A stretch of 64,000 nucleotides of DNA, taken from positions 64,001 through 128,000 of the forward strand of contig JAVZCZ010000001.1 of NCBI GenBank assembly GCA_038874135.1, written 5' to 3'. A model generated the notes under the pieces. The model saw nothing but the letters and a program-made list of their open reading frames with translations, had not been told where the DNA came from and made no database searches. A program made the position numbers and the translations under genes. Numbering within the stretch: the stretch's first letter is position 1; each line of letters opens with the position of its first letter. This DNA is from Candidatus Woesearchaeota archaeon (GTDB lineage: Archaea > Nanobdellota > Nanobdellia > Woesearchaeales > 0-14-0-80-44-23). Of this stretch, positions 9,729 to 18,555 are shown piece by piece.

Positions 9729-11354
9729 TTACACTGATTCAAAAAGGCGTATTGCCTTCTCTCCAAGTGTTAGCAGGAATGGTGCCAGCCGAGGACCTCT
9801 CTCCTTGTTTAGCAGAACCAGGTATCCTGCTTTGAAGAACTCTTTTGAGTCAATTCCTACCTCTTTTATCTTAGCATACATCCTCTCTGAAAACTCCTTT
9901 TCGTCAGAATGTCTCTCTTTTAGGAGCTTGGCAACTGCTCTTAATGCTTCCCTCTGCTTCTCAGATAGTTTAATTTCAGGATTTACCTCCTCTTGCAGCT
10001 TAAACCTGCTCTCCTCAGGAGCGTAGTGCTCAACCCAGAAGCGGGCTTTTTCTATCCTGTTCATTATCCTGTCCTCTTCACCCTCATCGTAATGCCCAGT
10101 TTTTTTCAGACTTGTTATTATTGCATCTCTTTCTCTGAACAGCTGGGCTAGTACTGCTGCGTGGGAGAAGCTCATCTTTAGCGGCTTCTCCCTTCTTATC
10201 GCGCTGACTTCATATAACCTTTTTAGGTGTGCTTCATCATTCTTGTTCTCCAGGTGCTGTTCTCCGAAGTATACTGCAGCCGCTCTGTCATACTCATCAT
10301 AAATCTGCGGCAGGTCTTTCCAAGAGAAGCTTCTTGTCTTCATCAGGCGCTTATTGTAGAAGTATCTCAGATGTTCCGGCTCTGCAACCTGAAGCCAGTC
10401 CTTAGGATAAACAACATTTCCCAAAGATGCAGACATCTTCATATTGTCAATCATTAAGTGCTCATAAAATATGGGCTCGGGCATTGGAAAGTCAAATACT
10501 CTCTCCACAATTTCGCCGTTGGTCCAGAATGCGCTCATAGGCACCTGATATTCCTTGCCAGCACCTTCTGTGCAGACACTCCACCTCGCCCATTGGGCCG
10601 CCCACTCGCTCTTCCACATAAGTTTTCCTTTGTCTCTTGACGGATCTGCCCAGCCTTCATGTCCGCACCCCTTTGCCGTTTGGGTTTCAAACTTGTAGTC
10701 CGAGCATTTGTAGTGCACCCTGCCGCCCTTTACTTCTATCACTCTTGTTGTGGATATCTTTCCGCACTTCTCACAAACTGGAACCCAAGGGCTCCATCCG
10801 GACGGTATTGGTGTTGTTCTGTATTTGGACATTATGCTTTTGATGTCTTCAATTTTTTCCATCGCTCTTAATATGTATTGTGAAAAGTTTCCCCTGTCGT
10901 ATTCCTCCTGCATTGAATATATCTCAAGGTCGGAGTGTACAAATTTTCTTATCACTTTGAGGTATTCTGATTTGTGGTGTTCGGCATAACTCTCGTGGCA
11001 ACCCCACGGGTCAGGCACTGAGGTTATGGGCATTCCTATGTACCTTACATACTCTTCAGGCACTCCTGCAGGCACCTTTCTCAGAGGGTCCATATCTTCT
11101 GCTACCCAAATGTATCTTGCCTTTACTCCCAGCTCTTTTAGTGCCATGAACACTGAGTCGCCCCTTATCGTGTCGCTCAGCCTTCCTATGTGCAGAACTC
11201 CTGATATTGAAGCTGAACTTTTCACTACAAATTCTTTTCTTTCAGGAATTTCTCTATCAAGGTAGTAGAACCTTTTTCTTTCAACTATCTTCTTAGCGAG
11301 CTTGTCAGCCCAGAATACTGAATCCTCTTCACCCTGTTTTTCTTCTTCTGCCAT
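9729..11354 (-). CDS. lysS: class I lysyl-tRNA synthetase
   Basis: FWAD, HIGR, DPLRKVP, CxxCG, KMSASLGN, GPRLAPF. Confidence 0.96.
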   Translation of the reverse strand: MAEEEKQGEEDSVFWADKLAKKIVERKRFYYLDREIPERKEFVVKSSASISGVLHIGRLSDTIRGDSVFMALKELGVKARYIWVAEDMDPLRKVPAGVPEEYVRYIGMPITSVPDPWGCHESYAEHHKSEYLKVIRKFVHSDLEIYSMQEEYDRGNFSQYILRAMEKIEDIKSIMSKYRTTPIPSGWSPWVPVCEKCGKISTTRVIEVKGGRVHYKCSDYKFETQTAKGCGHEGWADPSRDKGKLMWKSEWAAQWARWSVCTEGAGKEYQVPMSAFWTNGEIVERVFDFPMPEPIFYEHLMIDNMKMSASLGNVVYPKDWLQVAEPEHLRYFYNKRLMKTRSFSWKDLPQIYDEYDRAAAVYFGEQHLENKNDEAHLKRLYEVSAIRREKPLKMSFSHAAVLAQLFRERDAIITSLKKTGHYDEGEEDRIMNRIEKARFWVEHYAPEESRFKLQEEVNPEIKLSEKQREALRAVAKLLKERHSDEKEFSERMYAKIKEVGIDSKEFFKAGYLVLLNKERGPRLAPFLLTLGEKAIRLFESV

Positions 11355-11414
11355 TTTTCTATTTCACTTTTTAATTGTGTGTCTGTAATTTATAAAAGCT
11401 TATGCTCCCTGACA

Positions 11415-11585
11415 TTATTTGATGAGTCCTTCCATTTTTGCTTGTCTTCTGTATTTGGCATATCTGTCTTCGGGACTATACCTTGCTGGTTTGGGACTTA
11501 TTGTTTTTTCATTGCAGCTTGGGCACTTATCTCTCATAGTGTATTGAGAGCATTTCGGGCACTTGAGAATGTGCTTCATTCTCAT
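11415..11585 (-). CDS. nop10: H/ACA RNP protein Nop10
   Basis: CPKCSQYTMRDKCPSC...PARYSPEDRYAKYRR; follows aIF2alpha. Confidence 0.93.
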   Translation of the reverse strand: MRMKHILKCPKCSQYTMRDKCPSCNEKTISPKPARYSPEDRYAKYRRQAKMEGLIK

Positions 11586-12379
11586 CCTTCCTTTCTTGAG
11601 AATTCCCACTCGCTGTTATGTTCTTCTACAAACTTTGAGATTGCCTCAGTAAATGCGCTTATGACCTTTTCAATCTCCTTATATTCGTGAGAGGTGAATG
11701 CCACATTGTAAGTGCCTGCCCCAGCGTATTTTATTTCAACCTTTACATTTGGATTCTCTTTTTGACAGGCATTCATGCCCCTTTTTATGGCGTCTTTTAT
11801 TATTTCAATCCCATTAGGCTCGTAGCTTGTGAGCTTAAGCTCTCCCTTTATGCTTACAAACTCTGGCTTCATCCTCTGAAGAATTACCTTTGTTATGTGC
11901 TCTGCAACCTGTTTTTCAACTCCAAGCTTTTCCAGCGATTCTGAGCCATTTAGCACCTTTGCGAAGCACGAGTTCAGATCTTCGTACTTAGCGAATACCT
12001 TGCTTGTGACCTCCTCGTAAAGCTGCTTGAAGTCCTTCTTGAGACTGTAAGCCACATTTTCAACTATCTTCTCAGCCAGCTGTTCTTTCTTCATCCACTC
12101 AATCTTTTCCTGCCTTTCCTTGTTGTTAACCCTTCTGAGCGATAAATCCACTATGCCCCTTTCAGGATCTACATGGAGAACCTTGCACACTATCAGCTTG
12201 CCTTCCCTTACATAGTCATTCATGTTCCTTATTCTTCCGGCAGCTATTTCAGATATGTGTATCATACCCTCCCTGTCATACTCGTCCAGCTTAACGAATA
12301 CTGAGTGGAAGAGCACCTTGGTTACAGTGCATATTACTATTTGTCCTTCTTCCGGAAGTCCTTCTTTTCTGTATAGCAT
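11582..12379 (-). CDS. eif2a: translation initiation factor aIF2 alpha
   Basis: PEEGQIVICTV, LDEY, GMIHISEI, DLSLRRV S1 domain. Confidence 0.95.
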   Translation of the reverse strand: MLYRKEGLPEEGQIVICTVTKVLFHSVFVKLDEYDREGMIHISEIAAGRIRNMNDYVREGKLIVCKVLHVDPERGIVDLSLRRVNNKERQEKIEWMKKEQLAEKIVENVAYSLKKDFKQLYEEVTSKVFAKYEDLNSCFAKVLNGSESLEKLGVEKQVAEHITKVILQRMKPEFVSIKGELKLTSYEPNGIEIIKDAIKRGMNACQKENPNVKVEIKYAGAGTYNVAFTSHEYKEIEKVISAFTEAISKFVEEHNSEWEFSRKEG

Positions 12380-12380
12380 T

Positions 12381-12566
12381 TTAGTCCAGAATCTCCAGAA
12401 TTCTTGATTTTATTCTCGTCTTGCCTCCTGTTGGTTGAGCTATCACCTTGCCGCACACTAGGCACTTTATCTCAGTTGTGGCCTTTCCAAAGATTATCTG
12501 TTCGTTCTTGCACTTCGGACATCTTACTTTTACAAACTTTGAAGTAGGCTCTCTTACCGGCTTCAT
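12381..12566 (-). CDS. rps27e: 30S ribosomal protein S27e
   Basis: SKFVKVRCPKCKNEQIIF...CLVCG...PTGGK. Confidence 0.96.
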   Translation of the reverse strand: MKPVREPTSKFVKVRCPKCKNEQIIFGKATTEIKCLVCGKVIAQPTGGKTRIKSRILEILD

Positions 12567-12701
12567 TTTGAAATTCCTCCTTTAAAACAAATCTCTTGCT
12601 GGAATGGTTTTACCTTCTCCTTTTAAATATTTCTAAAATAGTGAGAAGCGGGGACAGTTCTGCAAAAACTTTTAAATATGCTAACACTCTGAAACCTTCT
12701 G

Positions 12702-13979
12702 ATGAAACAGCAGATTGAAAGGGTAAGGGGTACGAGGGACTTCTACCCGGAGGAAAAGAGAATACAAAACTACATCTTTGAGGTGTGGAAGAGTGCCGCC
12801 TTAAAGTTCGGATTTGAGGAGATGGACGGCCCACTTCTGGAGCCTGTTGAGCTCTGGCATGAGAAGTCCGGCTCTGAGATTGAAGAGCAGATGTATGTTC
12901 TCACAGACAGGGGTGGTAGAAGACTGGCAGTCAGGCCTGAGATGACTCCAACTCTTGGAAGGATGGTTGCTCAGCGCTTCAAGGAGCTTACTAAGCCGAT
13001 TAAGTGGTTTTCCATCCAGCGTTTCTGGAGGTATGAGAAGCCGCAGTCTGGAAGGCTCAGGGAGTTCTGGCAGCTTAACATTGACACCTTGGGCACTGAG
13101 AGTATGAAGGCGGATTCTGAGATAATAGCGAGTGCAGTTTGGATAATGCGCTCCTTCGGACTCGCTAAGGATGACTTTGTGGTCAGGATAAATAATAGGC
13201 GTCTTTTATCCTCACTTCTCAGGAATGCTGGCGTAGATGCTGAGAAGGTTAAGGATGCCTGCCGCATTCTGGACAAGAGGGACAAGCTTTCCCCTTCAGA
13301 TTTCAGGCAGATGCTTTCTGATTCTGGGATTTCAAGTTCAGCTGTTCAGAAGATACTCAACTTTGAATCGCTAAAAATTGAGGATATCTCTCAGATGGAT
13401 TTAGACGAGGAGGGAAAAAAAGGGCTTTCAGAATTGAAGGAACTGCTTTCGTACCTTTCAGCTTACGGAATTTCTGAGTATTGCAAGTTTGACCTCACCC
13501 TGGCGAGAGGGCTGGACTACTACACTGGAACCGTGTTTGAAGTGTTTGACACTTCTAAAGAGTTTAGAGCCATTGCTGGCGGAGGCCGTTATGATAACCT
13601 CGTTTCACAATTTGGCGGGGACAAGTGCCCCGGCGTTGGTTATGCTATGGGTGATGTAGTGTTAGAGCTCTTTCTTAGAAGGAAGGGCAAGCTTCCTGAG
13701 CTTAATAGAGAAATTGACTTTTTTGTAGCGTGCACATCTGATTCTCTGTATTTTAAGGCTGTTGAGATTGCTCAGAGGCTTAGGCAGAGAAACTATTCTG
13801 TTGCAGTGGATGTTATGGAGAGAAGCTTGTCCAAGCAGTTGAAGTATGCAAACACTATTGGTGTAAGGCGTCTGCTCATCGTGGGTGAGGACGAGCTCTT
13901 AAAAGGTGCTGTTAAGCTTAAGGATATGAATAGTGGCTCAGAATCCATACTGCCCCTTTCTTCACTTGATTCCATTTAA
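12702..13979 (+). CDS. hisS: histidyl-tRNA synthetase
   Basis: RGTRDF, RPEMT, RYEKPQSGRLREFWQ, RGLDYYTG, GGGRYDNL. Confidence 0.97.
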   Translation: MKQQIERVRGTRDFYPEEKRIQNYIFEVWKSAALKFGFEEMDGPLLEPVELWHEKSGSEIEEQMYVLTDRGGRRLAVRPEMTPTLGRMVAQRFKELTKPIKWFSIQRFWRYEKPQSGRLREFWQLNIDTLGTESMKADSEIIASAVWIMRSFGLAKDDFVVRINNRRLLSSLLRNAGVDAEKVKDACRILDKRDKLSPSDFRQMLSDSGISSSAVQKILNFESLKIEDISQMDLDEEGKKGLSELKELLSYLSAYGISEYCKFDLTLARGLDYYTGTVFEVFDTSKEFRAIAGGGRYDNLVSQFGGDKCPGVGYAMGDVVLELFLRRKGKLPELNREIDFFVACTSDSLYFKAVEIAQRLRQRNYSVAVDVMERSLSKQLKYANTIGVRRLLIVGEDELLKGAVKLKDMNSGSESILPLSSLDSI

Positions 13980-14017
13980 GAAAATTATTTAAATAGCGAA
14001 TTCTATAAAGTATTTCT

Positions 14018-14518
14018 ATGCTTTCATCATTCGTAAAGAAGCTCCTCTTCGCTAGCGAGTTTATGCTGCAGGACGGCAGGAATGAGATGCTTGGCGAGAG
14101 GCAGGCGTTAATCCCTTCTAAGCTGCTTACTCAGCTTCAGGACATATCACCTAAGAAAGCTTACGAAATAAGTAAGAGAATCATGAAGGAAGAGACTGAT
14201 GTTGTTACTCAGAAGATTGGAGAGAGCAAGGCTGAAATGATTACTGCTATGAAGGACTTCTTTGAAACCCTGGGCCTTGGCAATTTGGAAATAGTAGATC
14301 TGGACCTTATAAAGAAGAGAGCCATATTTAGAATTCATGACAGTCCTATAGCTGTGGCGCACATATACTATAAGAAAAAGGAGAACTGTAGTATCACCGC
14401 CGGGGTTATTGCTGGAATGATGTCTTCAATATTTGATACTGACGCAGATGCTATAGAAAAGGAGTGCATGGTAAATGGGAGTGCGTACTGCGAGTTTGTA
14501 ATAAAAACTGAGGAATGA
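14018..14518 (+). CDS. V4R (4-vinyl reductase) domain protein
   Basis: GLGNLEI...SPIA...CxxxAGxxAG...EKECMVNGSAYCEF. Confidence 0.85.
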   Translation: MLSSFVKKLLFASEFMLQDGRNEMLGERQALIPSKLLTQLQDISPKKAYEISKRIMKEETDVVTQKIGESKAEMITAMKDFFETLGLGNLEIVDLDLIKKRAIFRIHDSPIAVAHIYYKKKENCSITAGVIAGMMSSIFDTDADAIEKECMVNGSAYCEFVIKTEE

Positions 14519-14534
14519 AAAAGAGGGATGAAAT

Positions 14535-15290
14535 ATGATGCGCTGTAAAACTGGGATAAAGGGCTTTGACGAGCTGGTAGAGGGCGGATTTCCTAAGGGC
14601 TCTACAATCCTTATAGCAGGAGATCCGGGCACTGGAAAAACCATATTCGGATTGCAATTCATTTATAACGGCGCAGTGAAGTTTAATGAGAAGGGGCTTT
14701 ACCTCTCACTTGAACAAACAGCAGATGCCATCAGGAACCAAGCTCTCCAATTCGGTTGGGACCTCAAAAAGCTTGAGGAGCAGGGCAAGCTTAAAATAGT
14801 CTCAATACCCGTTAGAGATATAAGTTCAACTACTGCCAGGGAAATTTTGGAAATGTGCAGAAATGAGGGAATAAAACGCTTAGTGATTGACTCCCTATCC
14901 ACCCTTGCAATAAACGCTCCCATATACGCAACCCATCAAGAGCTATCAATAAGGGATGTAATTAAGGAAGATGTATTCTTTTCACCCCCAATAATGGGGG
15001 ACATGATTGTTAAACGGTTCATCTACACCTTCATAAATGACCTGCAATCCTTAGAAGAAACCACAACCGTCCTAATCTCGGAATCCACAAGTTACAACTC
15101 ATTCCCTGAAAATGCGCTTGCAGAATTCTTAGCAGACGGCGTTGTTCACATAAGCTTTGAGAGCATGGGCGGCACATACTCTAGAAGCCTGCTGGTAAGA
15201 AAGATGAGGCAGACCAAGAATGATGAGGACCTTCACCCATTAGAAATATCTAAGGAAGGCCTCATTGTTCATAGCCTGGAAGAGAATTAG
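14535..15290 (+). CDS. KaiC-like RecA-superfamily ATPase (single domain)
   Basis: TGIKGFDELVEGGFP, GDPGTGKT, VIDSLS, ADGV, RKMRQT. Confidence 0.9.
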   Translation: MMRCKTGIKGFDELVEGGFPKGSTILIAGDPGTGKTIFGLQFIYNGAVKFNEKGLYLSLEQTADAIRNQALQFGWDLKKLEEQGKLKIVSIPVRDISSTTAREILEMCRNEGIKRLVIDSLSTLAINAPIYATHQELSIRDVIKEDVFFSPPIMGDMIVKRFIYTFINDLQSLEETTTVLISESTSYNSFPENALAEFLADGVVHISFESMGGTYSRSLLVRKMRQTKNDEDLHPLEISKEGLIVHSLEEN

Positions 15291-15316
15291 GCATCTTAGG
15301 AGAGCTCGGGGTAGCT

Positions 15317-16522
15317 ATGAAAAAGCAGTTAATCCAATTAATGAGCAGGATAATTGGCTTCAAAGCAATCTCGTTTGACGGACACCACATAATCCTATTG
15401 AAGGTGCCCATGATTTTTATTCCATACGAAACGCTTGTAAGGTTTCAGGAAGCATTAGTTCAGAAGTTGGGCTTTGAAACCGCATACGCTATAATGTTCG
15501 GCCTTGGAAGAATACAGGGTTATAATGGTACTAGTATATACATAAAAAATTATAATATCCAGCCGGACGCTTCAGACCTGAACTTCTTTCTTGAACAGGC
15601 ACACCTTGTTGGACTTGGCAAAATAACTATTGAAAAAGTTGATATGGAAAGCAGGCACGGTATTCTCATATATCACAACTCGCCTGAAGCTGTTAAGTAT
15701 AAGGATCTTTACGGCTTGCAAAAGAATCCTGTTGACTTATACCAGCTCGGGATGATTTCAGGAGCAGCCCAGGCAGTTCTTCGTGGTAAGGACATAATCG
15801 GGATAGAGAAGCAGTGCCTTGCCAAGGGCGACCCGAACTGCTTTATTGAGCTCAAAGAGCGCGATGTTTGGCTTTCTGAAGGTGAATATTCTAAACAGCT
15901 TCCAGCACAATTGAAAGATGTGGAGCAGCTCAGTAAGATTGAAACACTCTCTTCACTCCTTGAACCGATACAAATTGATGAAGAAGATATATCACCTCTT
16001 ATGCTTCAACTTTCTAAGCTGAAAAAAAATGTTTACACATTCAGCGAACAGGGAATAAACCTTTTAGATATCAACGGCATGATCACCCCTATAGAAATCT
16101 TGAGCCTGCTGGCATATGTGGCTAATAAGCTGAGTGCAGACGATGGAGCCGAGATATTTTATAATACCGGATTTGATGAGGGCAAACTGATTTTTGAAAG
16201 TTTAAACAGGGTACTCCACTTTAAAAGGGACTTCTCATCAGTTAGCATGGCTTTTGAAGCAGTAGGCCTTTTGGGACTTGGAAGTGCTGAACTTCTGCGC
16301 GCTGATATGAAAAGCACAAGTTTTCTGGTTAAGGTTAAAGACAACTATCTTGCTAAGAAGTACTTGAAGTTTTTTGGAATGCAGAAGAAACCATTTGACC
16401 ATTACTTGACTGGAATTCTAGCGGGAATAGCCAGCTCTCTCACAGGCGAGAAGCTTACTGCTTCTGAAGTGAAGTGTGTCGTGCAGGGCGCTCAGGCTTG
16501 CACTTTTGAGATAAAAAAATAA
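15317..16522 (+). CDS. tandem V4R domain protein
   Basis: Two repeats, each with GLG...PxDxYxxGxxxG...ExxCxxxGxxxCxxE. Confidence 0.85.
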   Translation: MKKQLIQLMSRIIGFKAISFDGHHIILLKVPMIFIPYETLVRFQEALVQKLGFETAYAIMFGLGRIQGYNGTSIYIKNYNIQPDASDLNFFLEQAHLVGLGKITIEKVDMESRHGILIYHNSPEAVKYKDLYGLQKNPVDLYQLGMISGAAQAVLRGKDIIGIEKQCLAKGDPNCFIELKERDVWLSEGEYSKQLPAQLKDVEQLSKIETLSSLLEPIQIDEEDISPLMLQLSKLKKNVYTFSEQGINLLDINGMITPIEILSLLAYVANKLSADDGAEIFYNTGFDEGKLIFESLNRVLHFKRDFSSVSMAFEAVGLLGLGSAELLRADMKSTSFLVKVKDNYLAKKYLKFFGMQKKPFDHYLTGILAGIASSLTGEKLTASEVKCVVQGAQACTFEIKK

Positions 16523-16530
16523 GATCTCAA

Positions 16531-17313
16531 CTATTTCTGCGCGACTACCAGATCATCTATTCCTTCTCCAGTTTTTGGATCTCTGTAAAAATCGTTTGAA
16601 AAGTAGAGGATGTTGAACCCGGCATACATTACCCATCTCTTAAATTCTTCTGAAGCGTGCATTGGGTATCTTCCAGAGAGCTGTCCTTTGTGAAAGTTCT
16701 CGTTCTCCCTCTTTGCAGCCCTGTATTTTATGAAGTGGTAAACTGTGGGTAGGATTGCAAATACTCCATATCCGCTCTTTTTGAAGTCCTCATAGGTCCA
16801 CTTAAAAATCTGTTTACTCCAGTTTTCAACTTTTAGTTCTCTTCCTATATCTACTGCAATCATCACTCCGCCAGGCTTGAGCCAATGGTATATGTTCCTT
16901 ATTACTTTCTCAGGTTTGCCGGTGTAATTCAAAACATGGGTTATGTTTATTAGGTCAAAGAATCCTTCCGGGTAGGTGTTTATGTCTGTGCAATCTGCCT
17001 GTTCTAAGCGGATTATTTGTTCAAGGGACTTTGTTTGTACTTTTTTCTTAGTTATTGCTAACATGTCTTCGCTATAGTCAGACGCGTATATCTTTAAGCC
17101 ATCGTTATGTTTGAGAGCTTCATATATTTCAAGTGTAAAATTTCCAGTTCCGCAGCCTATATCTCCAACTATCTTGGCATTCCTAGCGTATAGGGATATT
17201 AAATCTCTGTAAACAGATAGAAGACGCTGATACTCTCTATTGTGCTTAGCAAGTTCGTCGTAAGGGCTGGCTTCGCTGGTGCCAGCATAATTTCTCAAAT
17301 TTACTTTGCTCAT
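16531..17313 (-). CDS. class I SAM-dependent methyltransferase
   Basis: GDIGCGTGNF, SDYSEDML, QADC, LKPGG; start moved to the ATG after GAGGTG. Confidence 0.9.
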   Translation of the reverse strand: MSKVNLRNYAGTSEASPYDELAKHNREYQRLLSVYRDLISLYARNAKIVGDIGCGTGNFTLEIYEALKHNDGLKIYASDYSEDMLAITKKKVQTKSLEQIIRLEQADCTDINTYPEGFFDLINITHVLNYTGKPEKVIRNIYHWLKPGGVMIAVDIGRELKVENWSKQIFKWTYEDFKKSGYGVFAILPTVYHFIKYRAAKRENENFHKGQLSGRYPMHASEEFKRWVMYAGFNILYFSNDFYRDPKTGEGIDDLVVAQK

Positions 17314-17324
17314 TTTTTTCACCT

Positions 17325-18542
17325 CTAATAGTACCTGTCCCAAGGCGTTTTGTACACCGTTATGTACTTGCTTATCTCTGAACTGTTCAGGGGCTTGAGC
17401 AGGACATCTAAAACTGGAATACTCAGCTGGCTATCACTTGCACTCTTTTTTCCCTCTTTTATGTCAAAATACTCACTCATTACTTCGTCAATGTTTAGCT
17501 TCATCCCAACATATTTTCCTGGAAAATCTCCGCTTTCATCTCCTTTGAGAGTTGCGTGTTCAAATGGCTCTCCAACCTGCTTGAAACCAAGCTTCGCATA
17601 AGTCCTTATAAGCTTTGGCAGACAAGTGAGGTAGAGCTCGTTCTGTTTAAACTCGTATTTCGCAGATATGAAAGCTTCTATCAGGAGCGGAATTGCTATT
17701 GGACTTTTGAACTCAATTCCGTTTTCAGCGTTTAAGAATGTGGATAAAATTGCACTCCTATAATCTGGATGCACCATCCACTTTCCAACCCGCAGGGTCA
17801 TCCTGTCGCCAGTGCCGAAGTCAAATCCGTCCAGAGGTCCCTTGTCCATCCAGAGGCGAACTGTTCCAACACATTTGCCCCCCTTCATGGCAACATAGTG
17901 CTTGGAAAGGTTGTTTATTCTTCCGTCAGGAGTGAAGTCTGCTTCATCCCACTTCTCTTTCCGCCTTGCCTGCTCTTCAGTTATAACCCCGTCTCTGAAT
18001 CTTTTTTCAAGCTCAGCGTACACCATGTATACGAGCCCTGCTGCAGCGTGAATGTCATAAGCAGTTTCAGCAGGCCTTATTATTATTTCTGAGCCGTCCT
18101 TATCCTTGACTGAAAATTTTATTCCCTCTTCGCTGTCATATTCTCTTAAAAGTTCTTCAATCTTTCCAATTAAACCTTCCTTATTTTCAATTACCTGCTT
18201 TTTGGGAATATATACATCTGCTCCTGCTTCGTTCAACGCAGTTATAATCTCTTCTGGAGTTGCCTGTCCTGAGAGCAGTATCTTTCTCGCTCTGGGGTGG
18301 GTCTGATCAAATCGGCTTAGAAGCTGGTTGCCGTTTTCAGTGCTGCCCTTTAGCACTTCGTCTATTATGAAGATTGGTATGCTTATTCCTTCCCTATCCA
18401 GGTAGTCGCTTATTTCCACTGCTTCTTCAGATGTTTTGCAGGCTATGCATTCAAAGTATGGGAAGTGATTTCTTATGCTGTTATATAAGAAATCTTCAAG
18501 TATATCCGCTTCATCATCCACCATCAAAATTGCTCCTTTCAT
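17325..18542 (-). CDS. response regulator: receiver domain fused to GNAT acyltransferase of the FeeM (N-acyl amino acid synthase)/LuxI-like group
   Basis: REC: VDDE, IIDEVL, LLSG, IPKK. C-terminal: LVYMVY...EKWDEAD...SKHY...VGTVRL...VHPDYR...YAKLGFKQVG. Confidence 0.75.
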   Translation of the reverse strand: MKGAILMVDDEADILEDFLYNSIRNHFPYFECIACKTSEEAVEISDYLDREGISIPIFIIDEVLKGSTENGNQLLSRFDQTHPRARKILLSGQATPEEIITALNEAGADVYIPKKQVIENKEGLIGKIEELLREYDSEEGIKFSVKDKDGSEIIIRPAETAYDIHAAAGLVYMVYAELEKRFRDGVITEEQARRKEKWDEADFTPDGRINNLSKHYVAMKGGKCVGTVRLWMDKGPLDGFDFGTGDRMTLRVGKWMVHPDYRSAILSTFLNAENGIEFKSPIAIPLLIEAFISAKYEFKQNELYLTCLPKLIRTYAKLGFKQVGEPFEHATLKGDESGDFPGKYVGMKLNIDEVMSEYFDIKEGKKSASDSQLSIPVLDVLLKPLNSSEISKYITVYKTPWDRYY

Positions 18543-18555
18543 TTTTTCACCTGTT

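Noticed and set aside
14535-15290. Circadian clock KaiC or RadA
   Set aside because: Single domain, no kaiA/kaiB, no RadA N-terminal domain; generic archaeal KaiC-like ATPase
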